64,000 nt of DNA. Source: Mobula hypostoma (taxonomy: Eukaryota). Shown in pieces: positions 13,317 to 25,002 of this stretch; the stretch's first letter is position 1, and each line of letters starts with the position of its first letter. The translations under genes and the position numbers were made by a program. Where the stretch lies: NCBI RefSeq assembly GCF_963921235.1, contig NC_086105.1:90644001-90708000 (forward strand), given 5' to 3'. A model generated the notes under the pieces. The model saw only the letters and a program-made list of their open reading frames with translations. It searched no databases and had not been told where the DNA came from.

Positions 13317-13862
13317 CAAGTCGTCAAGTCAAATTTATTTATAAAGCACATTTAAAAACAACCCATGTTGACCAAAGTGCTGTACAAACCATAACAGGTA
13401 GCTAAAATCACAAATACAAGAAACACAGATATAAACAACAAGGCACACAGCTTATAGGCACAAAATTAACAACACATGAGCCTAAGCACAAGCCAAAAAT
13501 CAGCCACATCAGGAAGATTCAAATGCTTGTGAATAAAGGTAAATTTTGAGCCTGGATTTAAAAGAGTCAATGGAGGGGGCAGATCTGATAGGGAGGGGAA
13601 TGCTGTTCCACAGTCTAGGGGCTACAATAGCAAAGGTGTCGTCACCTCTGAGCTTAAGTTTAGATCGTGGGACAGCCAGGAAACCCAAGTCAGCCGACCT
13701 GAGGGACCTGGAAGTAGAATAAGGGGTTAGAAGGTCTGTGATATAGGAGGGGGCCAGCCCATTTAGGCTTATAAACAAACAGGAGAATCAATTCTAAACC
13801 GTACTGGCAGCCAGTGGAGGGAGGCCAGGATAGAAGTAATATGGTCCCTCCTCCAGGCACCG
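13317..13862 (-). mobile_element. L2 LINE 3' fragment inserted into an old CR1 tail
   Basis: ORF 13509-13778 LNGLAPSYITDLL...RSLRS...APRLWNSIP..IR...FKSRLK.YL is the L2 C-terminus; short (TTGAC)n-type tail. Confidence 0.85.
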
Positions 13863-14339
13863 GGCAGAGTAGGCCATTTTGCCTCTTGTGCCTACCCTGT
13901 CACTGTAGCTGATGTCGTTACATAAACACTACTTTCCTGCACGAGCCCCATGTCCTGTAGTATGCTAAAGTTTATTGATCAGCAGCTGAGCCTCCACATC
14001 CCTTGTTAGTATGGAATTCTCAACATTCGTTAGTTTGTCCTTAATGACCGACTGCTTATTTTGAGACAGTGACTCCTGTTTCTAGACACTTTCGCTAAGA
14101 TAAATGTTATCCCTCCATTTACCTGGTAAGCCTTATCAGAATTTTCTATGTTTCAATAAAGCCACTAATGATTTTTTTCTGAGTCTAGTGATTGCAAACA
14201 CTGTCCCCATATGAAAATTCCTTCTGTTGTCCCAGGAATTAATCAGGTAAGCCTTCATTGCAACCCCTCTGTCCCAAATACTTTCTTCTATAGGTAGAGA
14301 GACCTAGAGACCAATGAATTGTTGTACGGGAAGGAGACA

Positions 14340-15240
14340 GAGGGCTTAGTAACACATTGTCATGACAACATTTCTCTCAATGTCAGCAAAACAAAAGACT
14401 GGTTCTTCAGACTTCAGAAAGGCAGACAGTGCCTAGGTTGATGATGATGAGGTTGAGAAGTCCCTAGGAGTGACTATCATCAACAGCCTGTCCTGGTCAA
14501 ACTACATAGATGTTGTAGTCAAGGAAGCTCACCAATGCCTTTAACTTCCTCAGGAGGCTAAAGAAAGCTGCCATGTTACCAATTTTTGTCAATGCATCAC
14601 AGAAAGCATCCTATCTGGATACATAATGGTAACTGCTCTTCACGTGACTGCAAGAAGCTGTAGAGTATAGAAACACGGCACGTAACAAACCAGCCTCTCC
14701 TCTATGAACTCTGTCTGTACTTCTCACTGTATCACTAAAACAGCCAGCATAATCAAAGACCCCAGCCATTCCAGACATTCTCTCCTGCTGGGTAGAAAAT
14801 ATAGAAGCCTGAAAGCACGTACCACCAGGCTCAAGGCCAGATTTTATCCTGCTGCTACAAGACTACTGAATGGTTCCCTAATGCGGTACGACTTTTGACC
14901 TCACAATCTACCTCATTATGAACTACATACACTACTAGCCCTGAAAGCAGGTTAGCACCAGTGTCAAGGACAGCTTCTACCCCACTGTTATAAGAACAGT
15001 AAGAGTTACCCTTAATAGGATAAAATGGAAACTTGACCTCACGATCTACCTCTGAGTTTGCACCTATTGTCTGCCTGCACTACACTTTCTCTGTAGCTGT
15101 TACACTTTATTCTGCATTGTTACTTTACCTTGTTCCACCTCAATGCACTATGCAATAATCTGAGCTGTATGAACAGTATGCAAGACAAGCTTTTCACTGA
15201 ATCTGGGTACATGTGACAATAATATTCCAATTCCAATACC
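14340..15240 (+). mobile_element. Decayed Rex1 3' fragment with a partly duplicated tail
   Basis: TASIIKDPSH...GRKYRSLKARTTRLK..FYP; typical Rex1 3'UTR. Confidence 0.75.
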
Positions 15241-15396
15241 AGTTCGGGACACAATACAGTATTTCAGATGAGCATCCATTAAACATTATTACCGTTCTGC
15301 TCAAACCCTTCTTTAATGAAAGCCAATGAAGCAAAACATTTCATTCAGGGGAGAATTAAAGGCAGACAGATGTTCAGCTCTCTTTACAGAATTAAA

Positions 15397-15585
15397 TACA
15401 AGCAATTCTGCAGATGCTGAAATCTAGAGCAACGCACACAAAATGCTGGAGGAACTCAGCAGGTCAGGCAGCATCTATAGCGAGAAATAAAGTTGCTATT
15501 TCAGGCCGAGACTCTTCACTGGTCCTGAAACATCGACTGTTCATTCCTCTCCATAAATGCTGCCTGACCTGCTAAGTTCCTCCAG
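15397..15585. mobile_element. PLE-derived fold-back mini-element
   Basis: Inverted arms TGCTGGAGGAACTCAGCAGGTCAGGCAGCAT / ATGCTGCCTGACCTGCTAAGTTCCTCCAG around a hammerhead remnant. Confidence 0.8.
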
Positions 15586-16496
15586 AATAAAGAACAACTC
15601 TCATGACTGCTGGCTTGAGAGAAAGAAAGAAAAAATATCAAATAAAATTGGTGATGAGTTTGGGTTTGTGTCCATTATGGTTGAATAGCATGCCAATGGT
15701 TAGGGTCCTGGCTCCATCAAACTTGAAATGAAATGCCGTGGGGTAGATCAAGGGCAGGGAAACTGGATTGGGATCGATAGGTACTTGATTGGTGGCACAT
15801 GCATGCTGGGTTGAAGTGCCTGTTCTCTTGCTGTAAGATCCTATAAATCAGAGAGGTTCCAGGAAAACTACCCATCCAAAACGGTTCAAATCATTGCTGA
15901 GTGGGGAATTTGCATCGAGTGAATGCCTGTGACAACCTCACGCTAAATCACTTTAATCTGTCAATCATTCCATTATCCCCAGGGAGGTAGGGCATGCTGC
16001 AGAAACCAGACTCTGTACCTCAGGGAGTATTGTACACCATGCAGAAACCAGTCTTGCGTGTGAGCTTGTAATGTGAAGAAGGGAATGTGTCCTGTGCCCT
16101 ATCCACTTCCTAAATCCTGTGCGGAAGTATTCTTTTGGGACTTTATATACCTTTCACCATTGATCAATTTGAGTTTCAGCAGTGGAAGGCTCGAACTGTT
16201 TCTCATGTCCCACCCTGCCTCAGCTGTTGGGTATCCTTCTTTCCTCCCTCATCCACATATCTGGCTTCCCTTCAAAATCAGCTATGTACCTCAACCACAT
16301 GGCTTAAATTACTGGTGTGGTAATCCTGATATGGATTCATATGTTAGAGATTTATAACTCAGATTTCGGTTAATAATACAGAACCAAAAAGTACTCAACA
16401 GTAGTGATGATCGCAGAACTACCAAACTGTCATTCAGAGAAGGCCCAAGGCTCTCACTGATGTATCAAGCTTTGCCTACAGTTAAACCTCTCCTGA

Positions 16497-16766
<270 letters not shown>

Positions 16767-18573
16767 ACTGTGTAGTTTCCGTTTCGTTTTGCATTATTTT
16801 TTAAAATACTGAGATGACAAGAGATAGATGGTGGCCAGCTTCTCTTGTGCATCAGTTCAGGGATCAGGAATTACATATTTCCCTTTACAGTGAACTTAAC
16901 TATGATCTTCAGTTTCTCACAGCGTTGACATTAAATAGATTCCTAATTCTGAGAGTAGATCTGAATATGGAGGCAAATGGAGCAACATCTGGAAATTCCA
17001 CCGAGTGAAATTTCCATTTCCCAAAGCTGTCTCACAACTAAAGATCTGTGTGTTTAAAGTTGGAGTTACTTAATGTTTGTCAACTTTGTTACAGCAGTGC
17101 TGATTACTACAGCTGTGACTCCCTCCCCTCTGTGTTGGGTGAGACAGGAGTGGTGTTTACAGTGAAGACTTTCTCATCTTTGTATATCCACAGACTGGTG
17201 CTTTCTTTAGCCCTTCCACACCCATGATTCCTTCCTTTTGCTGCATGAAAACGGGTATGAAAAGGCAAGAGGATATATTCTTTTCTAAGCAGAATAGCAT
17301 TAAGGGATAAAGGTTTGGGAATTACCAACTGGGGCAGTGGTAAGGTACATTTGTTTCACAATAAATTTGGAGAGACAGAAGGTCCCAGCATCAAATTGGC
17401 TTAATTTGTTCATATTGTGGATTGTCCTGTGTCAACAGTGACCATAGCTGGAGAAGAATGAGGGGGCTTATATTTTTGTAGCCCTCCAGCAGCATAGAAA
17501 ATAAATCAAATTCAGCAACTTAAACTGTACCCTTTCTCATGCAGTAAAATAGTTGAATGTGCCAACAGTTACTTCCAGGATGAAGTGTGGATATTGCAGG
17601 TGTGGTTCAGCTTGTTACTTGGAATGAGGAAACAATATCAAAGCTCCATGTAACTCAAGTAATTAAAATTTACGTGACCACAAATGTTCCAGGGAATAGA
17701 GAGGAATGTGTATATTGAACCTTGCATGAGTTAAGGCATTGAATGTATTATTAGTTATGAGGCAATTGGATTCTGGATTTTTCTACTTGATTCTTGCCTT
17801 GTCAGAGATTATTGCTGCTGTTGTATTCCATATGTCTCCAGAGCAACAGCTTTGTTTACTGCAAAATCAGAATGAATGTCAGTCGATAATGCACTGATTT
17901 TATCATATAACTGTTTTTCAGGGAATAGCTATTTGAAAAATCATAGTTTACTAGGAACAAAGGTTAGATGCATAAGCAAATGTTGCTTAATCACTGGTTT
18001 GTACAAGAAATAGGAGGCGCTTTAGAATTTTTCAGGTGGTCAGGAATGCAAATAGGCCCTCTGCCACCATTTGTAAAGATATATATTCTGATTACAACCT
18101 GCTGGAGTATAATGAGGCATAGTGGATTAACACCAACTCCAGCTCCCGAAACTTGCACTGGTAATGAAGAGGTGCAGTCTTTTAAATGAAATATTATATC
18201 AAGGATGGATGTAAAAATCTCATGGGCATTATTTTGAAGAGCAGGGGTGTTGTCCCCATGTACTGGTTCACAACACTAATCTTCCTGACGGTGCTGACCA
18301 CAGGGTTGTACTGTGCACACACAGGATGCCAATGTTTGGAACCGTAACTACAAAAGTATTTTGGTGGCGGAACATTCTGAGCTCCTGTAAAAATCATTTT
18401 TGGGAATATATCTGAAATTGGATCATCAGTCTCCTTCCATATAAAACTTAAAACAAAGGTGAAACACAACAGTTTTTAAAAAGTGTTCTATATTATAACA
18501 CCAATAGTCTTTGGCCCTCAGATTGTAAAGGTTGAGTTTTCAGCTCCAGGAGGATGTGGGTATCAATGAACTG

Positions 18574-19833
18574 TCACCGAGGGAGCAATGGATCAGGTAG
18601 TGAAGGTGCGTGTGAGCAGTAGCAGCCTTCACCTCCTTTCTCTGGGCCCAGCTCCTGGAAATAGCTGAGGTGCTGGAATCGCAGCACCTCATTCCCCCAA
18701 CTGGTCCACCCAGGCTGCAGGTTGCGAGCAAACAGTTCCAGGCACTCAGCATTACATGGGATAAATCCTTTCAGCACTTCCCCCAGAGGAGGCTTGTGAG
18801 AATGAAGTGTGCAAGGCACACTGACTATAAGCTTGTGGTCAGGTACTGTGATGCTCCTGGTGCCAGGTTCTCCACCCTGCTGTGCTGGGCTTCCCATGTA
18901 ACGTCCAAGGACTAGGATCTCATAGGGCTTCTTGTGAACAGAGTCCAGTGGCACCACAAACTCTCCATTCTTGGTCACCTTCACCCAGTGCCACTCAGCC
19001 ACCACTTCCACCCCCCAGCCGGGGTACAGCTCCTCCTTGACGAAGTGGAGGTGCTTCTGTCGGTTGGTGACCCAGCACACTACCAGGCAGCCAGGGGCAG
19101 AGAGGAGTGGCACAGGGAGCTGGCGGATCTGCCAGGGGAAAAGGTGGCTGTAGCCCTTGCATCTCTTAAGGGACTTGTTCTCCCAGGGGGGGTCCAAAGT
19201 GATCACGTCATACTTATAGCCTAAGAGTGGCTCCATGCGGGAGATGTCCGACAGCAGGAAGGTACATCGCGGTGGGAGCAGATACTGGTGCCCCATCAGC
19301 CTCACGAGCCGGGCACAGCTTGAGCTGTTCTCTGTCAGACAGCCGAGGGGTTCCAGGTCTGCCGCCGACTCACCAGTTAAAACCTGCACCTGCCTCTGGG
19401 GTTCTTCCAGTAGCTGCTTGGCCATGAAGCAGAGCTCTACCAGCATGGAGTCTGCTGGGACCAAAGCTGTCCCTTGCTCTCTGCTGCCTGTCTCCTCCAC
19501 TTCCAGATGTTCCACCAGCTTTTGGGTGCCATTCTGGATTGCCAGACTGACCTTGTCATGGTACTCCAGAGCCTCCACCTGTCCCTGGTTCAGCTCCTGA
19601 CCCTTCCTCTTGCGCTTGCTGCCTTTCATACTTCCGTCATTGACAGCTGACCCCCACCCTGCAGTTTTGGTGTCAACAATGTAAGGCTTCTCCACTTTGA
19701 AGTATTCTGCCCTGAAGACGTATCTGTGGCAGTGTCCATCAGGGGGAGAGTGGTGACAACATCTGTACAACTGGTTGATGTAAGCCTGATGATCCACAAG
19801 CCAGCCCACTGGCTCACTCCTGACCACAGACAT
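18574..19833 (-). CDS. METTL4: METTL4 (MT-A70 family N6-adenosine methyltransferase), single-exon 419-aa ORF
   Basis: N-terminus MSVV...GWLVDH..YIN; YVFRAEYFKVEKPYI; catalytic DPPW(ENKS); CWVTNRQKH; HKKPYE; HSHKPPL; LELFARNLQPGWTSWGNEVLRFQH. No stops or introns. Confidence 0.95.
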   Translation of the reverse strand: MSVVRSEPVGWLVDHQAYINQLYRCCHHSPPDGHCHRYVFRAEYFKVEKPYIVDTKTAGWGSAVNDGSMKGSKRKRKGQELNQGQVEALEYHDKVSLAIQNGTQKLVEHLEVEETGSREQGTALVPADSMLVELCFMAKQLLEEPQRQVQVLTGESAADLEPLGCLTENSSSCARLVRLMGHQYLLPPRCTFLLSDISRMEPLLGYKYDVITLDPPWENKSLKRCKGYSHLFPWQIRQLPVPLLSAPGCLVVCWVTNRQKHLHFVKEELYPGWGVEVVAEWHWVKVTKNGEFVVPLDSVHKKPYEILVLGRYMGSPAQQGGEPGTRSITVPDHKLIVSVPCTLHSHKPPLGEVLKGFIPCNAECLELFARNLQPGWTSWGNEVLRFQHLSYFQELGPEKGGEGCYCSHAPSLPDPLLPR

Positions 19834-20542
19834 TTCCTGATATTGGCAAGCGTGCTGAACTTGACTGTCTGCCCCCAGCTAATGCCCTCTCTTCCTTCCT
19901 GAAATAAATTGCCCCTTTACACTTCACCCATTTCTTTAATTAAATGCCTTCCCGATAACTTCCACTTGCCCTCACACTGAGGTTGTCCCTTCAACTCAAC
20001 AGTGCATCTGCTGAGAAAGCTCTCAGCATATTGCAGCCGTTAGCACCTCAATAGCAGCAGACCCATATCTTCAGAAAGCCAGAATGGAAAGAAGGAATCT
20101 GTGGATTTAAACCAAAAGAAAACATTAATTCATTGGTAAGCAATAATAAATACCTTTTAAGTATAACTAAATTGGTTTATTATTGTCATATGTACTGTAA
20201 TACAGTAAAAAAAAACCTTGTATGCCATCTATACAGACAATTTCACAGCGTATTGAAGTAGTACAAGGGAAAGGTACTAACAGAGTCCAGAATAAAGTGC
20301 TACAGTTACAGAGAAAGGGCAGACAATCAGGTACAAGATGGATTATCGGGGCAAGTCCAATTAACTGTATGAGGGGACCAGTCAATAGAATTATAACGTT
20401 AGAATAGAAATTGTATTTTAAAATGCATAGTGGTTGGAGCTGCAACACTCTCTATAGAGGATGGCTTCTCCGTTCTCATTTAAGAATAACACCTTTGAAA
20501 TTATATAACATTCTATGACAATATGGAACACCTAGACCTGTA

Positions 20543-20700
20543 GACACAAGAGAAACGCTGGAAATCTTGAGCAAAACACACAAAGTGCTGGAGCAACTCA
20601 AGAGGTAAGGCAGCATCTACGGAGGTAAATAAACTATTGAATTTGTGGGCCAAGAAGGCATGACCCACAGAGTTCCTCCAGCATTTTGTTTGTGTTGCAC
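20543..20700. mobile_element. PLE-derived fold-back mini-element (older)
   Basis: ACACAAGAGAA..GCTGGAAATC...GCAGCATCT arm and a shorter opposite arm AGAGTTCCTCCAGCATTTTG. Confidence 0.65.
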
Positions 20701-21769
20701 CGAGACCCAGCACCTTTCCTTCACAGAAGTCTTTACTCTTCAGTAAAACCACGCTGTTCATGCTTCGGCTCCTTGTCAAGAGTTGATCCCCAGTGTTGTG
20801 TACTATGAGCCAGTAAAAGGGCCACAATATCACAAACCCTCTCTCAAACCCTCATGTCTGTACAAAAAAAAAACACTCCGCCATATGCAAGGAAAAGCAG
20901 AGATCTTCCTTGTGTCTTGCCTGGTATTTCTTCTTTATACTGTACCATTATAAAGGAAGAGCAGATCCGACAACCATTTCTGATTGTCAAACTCCGCAAA
21001 TTGGCTGCCACACCTTCTACAAATACTTCATTAACTGTAATCTTATTTGGAATATCATGAGGTTCTGAAAGTTGTATAGAAATGCATGCTCTTTGCACAC
21101 TTTTGAATTGTCAATGTCACAATTTAGAAAATCATAATGGCACTGAGGACTGTGAATCCTTTGAAAATCCTCCTAGCAAGAATATGTTTAAAACTGAGGT
21201 TATATGGAAAGTTGGGATGGGGGAAGAAACACACACACAAAGCCCTGGAGGAAATCAGCAGGTCAGGAAGCATCTATGGAAAGGAACAAGCAGCTAATGT
21301 TTCAGGCTGGAGACCCTTCATCCAAGACTTATTCCGCATGAGGGAGAAATTCAGCCACAGGCTTGGGGAATCTCATGGCCAAATCCTGTTAAGATTCTAA
21401 TAATTACAACATCAGGAAAGGGTGACCTGAAAAGTGTATTTTCGATGCAGAGATAATGTTCCTGTTCCCTCCATTGGTGTGTCCAGGGTTGAGGGGTTAC
21501 AGTCTCAAATTGAGGGGTCGACCGTTCAGAACACTGCTGTGAAGAAAGTTCTGATGAATCTTTGTCAATCAGAATTATTTTCACTGACTTAGCAAGACGT
21601 GAAATTTGTTTTGTGACAGCAGTACAATGCAAAGATGTAAATTGAAGTATGTAACAGAATAAATAGTGCAAAGAGAAAGGAGTGACGAGGTACTCTAAAT
21701 GAACCTTTCAGAAATTTCATGGCGGAAGGAAAGAACCTGTTTCTGGTGGAAGTGACAAGAGGACGTTCG

Positions 21770-21940
21770 CTCAAAATGCTGGACGAACTCAGCAGGCCAG
21801 ACAGCATCTATGGAATAAAGTACTGTCGATGTTTCGGGCCAAGACCCTTCTGCAGGACCCTGGCCTGCTGAGTTCCTCCAGCACTGTGTGTGAGTGTGTA
21901 TGTTGCTCATATTTCCAGCATCTGCAGATTTGCTCATTAG
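21770..21940. mobile_element. PLE-derived fold-back mini-element
   Basis: Minus arm ends at the hammerhead 5' edge (CCCTTCTGCAGGAC); plus arm ends with the tail CAGCATCTGCAGATTTGCTC. Confidence 0.75.
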
Positions 21941-23359
21941 AGAATGTATGCTATATGGTGAGGTTCCTTAGTGATGGATGCCCCTACCTTGAGACACTAC
22001 CTCTTGAAAATGTCCCCAATAGTGAGGAGGGTTGTGCTTGTGATGGAGTTGGCTAAGTCTACATTTATTCAAGGCAGAGTAATAGATTTTTAGATAGTAA
22101 TGAAATCAAGTAGTGAATGCAAGAAGGCTGCCACAGTCTTATGGAATGGCAGAGCAGGGCTTAGGGGTTCAGTGGTTTACTCCCACTTCGATTTCTTGTT
22201 CTGTAGATATTATTTTAGTTATGGGAAAACCAGATCTAATAGATGAACTTCAACTAAATCATAGATGTTCTCTCTGTGAGACTAATTCATTCCCTGCTGG
22301 TCAGTTTTGGAATCTCACTGAGGCAGACTACCCTTCTTACATTTGGTGAAGGAACAATGCAGATGATGGGGCATCAAAACTCATTTTGTGCTTCCACATG
22401 TTAAAACCATAAAATTCGTTTGATTCCAGTTTTTGAGACTGGAATTATGTCAGCTCTTGTGTTTATATTTTTAGGGGAAAATAACATGATTTAATTTACT
22501 GATAATGGCCAGTGTCACGTACAAGTTTGCTGTGTGCCATCCTAATACCTGGAAGTAGGATCAACCCAAGCAATCTTTGCATCCTTAATAAACCTCCTTC
22601 AGTTCAAATGTCTAAAACACATTTGTATGTTGTACTTTAGATTTGTACTGACACCAGAAAGCTGTCAGATTTTTCTGACGTTTTACTTCAAGAACTACAA
22701 TTTCAAATCTACCTTGACTGAGTTTGCAAGTAAAAATAATTTTTGAATATATTGGAGACTTTGGTTTCTTGTTTTTTTAATGTTGCAATAAACGTTAAAT
22801 TAAGTTCAAAATAAATTGTATCTAACTGCAGTTGTTTCTGAAGAGACCTTCCTAAATGAGAAATATAAGGGAATGAATTTATAGCTGGCAAAGCATGACA
22901 AACACTTTGTGAATATCACCAGATCACTTTATGGGGTAGGGATACGAAGGTCAACTCGGGAGAATTCCCTTTCTATAAAAAAAGACGAAAGATTTAATAA
23001 AGCCACCTTGGATAACACACTGAGGGTGAGCTGCAGATCGCCAGTGTGACCACTCAGCTCTGCATTTGGCTTTGAACTCATTTCCCCACACGGCAGTGAT
23101 GGCGTCAACAGACAACCTAGCAAAACTCCAAAGCAAGTCAGTGGTGAAGGCTTCGGGGTTCTAGAACCAAAACTAACGGGTGGAATTGAGGCATGAAGCT
23201 CTGAAGTAGTCTCCTCCTGTTCCTAAACTCATTCCTACAGGTTTCAGCATTTGTCCAAATTGCCAGATGCATTGGTTTAATTTTAATGGAAGGAACGAAA
23301 CGCCGCCTGCCGCAGATGAACTCGAACTCTTTCTGAAATGTGGTTTAAAAAGCGACACT

Positions 23360-23910
23360 CACTTCACTACTGTCGGTCAGAGCTCCTCCATTTGGTTCTC
23401 TGCTGAGGAACTAACCCGTCACAAAGTCCGACCTGGGACAAGCACTTGCTCACTTGGATCAGACCCGGGCAGCGACACATGACAGGAAATTACATCGAGG
23501 AGGAAGTTGCATCGCGCTGATCTCTAGCTCAACACCAATTACATTTACTCAATTTACAGACGATTAAGACTGATTTCCTGTTCCCATTGTAGTCCTACAA
23601 TTTCCGCCGCCTTCCCTTCCCCGTGTCTGTCCATTTCACACTGGGAACTGCTGTTTTCTCTGTTTATCATTCTTGCCTAGCCTGCTGCCGCCTTGCAGCA
23701 CTGTAGCATTTTTAATATTGTAAAGTGCACCGCAGGACCCACCTCCATTGAGGTAACCGCCCCCAAGGACAGTGAGCTGTCTTCCCCTTGGTGCCCGATG
23801 ACGGTCCGTGGTGGAGTTCTGGCTGAAAGCAAAGGCAAGTGTGATTGCCTACCCAAATCAAATGGCAGGGTTATCCGAAAGCATGCAGAAGGCTTACCAT
23901 AGTGCAATGT
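23360..23910 (-). promoter_or_regulatory. Candidate METTL4 promoter and non-coding first exon
   Basis: Repeat-free, CpG-containing stretch with ZNF143/SBS-like motifs (CTACAATTTCC near 23595, CTGGGAACTG at 23641, TTACCATAGTGCA 23894-23906). Minus-strand donor GAA|GTGAGT at 23362; candidate minus-strand acceptor AG at 20099-20100. Confidence 0.4.
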
Positions 23911-24421
23911 GCACCGTTCTCACCTCAGGACTCAGGGCTGTCACAGACCTGAGAGCCAAGCGCAAAATTCAGGATGACACAAATCAAACGGCACCGAGAA
24001 CATGGTGCTGACAGAGAGAGAAGCCGACTTTCATTCAGATGGGACGTTAGAACGAGCCAAGTCTGATGCATACAAGTTTACAGATATATTTCACCGGTTA
24101 ACGTCTTGGGGACCATAATATGTAAATACCAGTCCTTATTTATTCAATGCAGGCTGGCCTTTCAACGACAGAGACTATTCTGAAAACATGTTCTTTCCAC
24201 CATTTCTCTTGGTTCTTCCAATCCTTCAGACCTCATTGCGCTGAGTTTCTGAGGAGCCAGATTATAAGGTGTTGACATGGGATTGAGTGACATTGACACT
24301 TGCCACTGAATCTCTGAAACCAGTCTCATTAGGGACGGGTGGGGGGAACGGGGAGTGTTTTTGGATGAGGAGACAAAAGATTTTATTAGGCATGCATCAT
24401 GGAAATAAAACTGAATCACAG

Positions 24422-24447
24422 TATATATATATATATATATATATATA
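24422..24447. repeat. (TA)13 microsatellite
   Basis: Direct reading. Confidence 0.95.
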
Positions 24448-24469
24448 GTCATTAAATTAGGTAATAGTG

Positions 24470-24950
24470 AGGCAGTGTTCGTGGGTTCAATGTTCATTCA
24501 GAAATTGGATGGCAGAGGGGAAGAAGCTGTTCCTGAATCGCTGAGTGTGTGTCTCCGGGCCCTGTACCTGAGAAGAGGTACCTGGGTGATGGGGGCCCTT
24601 AAAGATGGATGCTGTCTTTTTGAAGCATCGCTCCTTGAAGATGTTCTGCATATTACAGAGGCTAGTACCCATGATGGAGTTTACAGCTCTCTACAGCTTG
24701 TTTTGATCCTGTGCTGTAGCTGCCCTCCCCCACAACACCAGAATGCTCTCCATGATACATCTGAAGAAATTGGTGAGAGTCTTTGGTGACATACCAAATC
24801 TCCTCAAACTCCTAATGAAATACAGCTGCTGCTGTTCCTTCTTTGATAGGCCCAGGACAGAACCTCAGAGATGTTGACGTTCAGAAACTTGAAGTTGCTC
24901 ATTCTTTCCACTTCTGATCCCTCTATCAGGATTGGGTGTTTTCACTCGTC
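24470..24950 (-). mobile_element. Rex1 3' fragment
   Basis: IFKERCFKKTASIFKGPHHPG...RFRNSFFPSAI. Confidence 0.75.
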
Positions 24951-25002
24951 TTAAGACCATAAGGTATAGGAACAGAATTAGGCCATTTGGCCCATCAACT
25001 CT

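Noticed and set aside
22929-24011. Short ORFs in the repeat-free region
   Set aside because: No recognisable protein similarity or consistent exon chain; more likely regulatory or UTR sequence.
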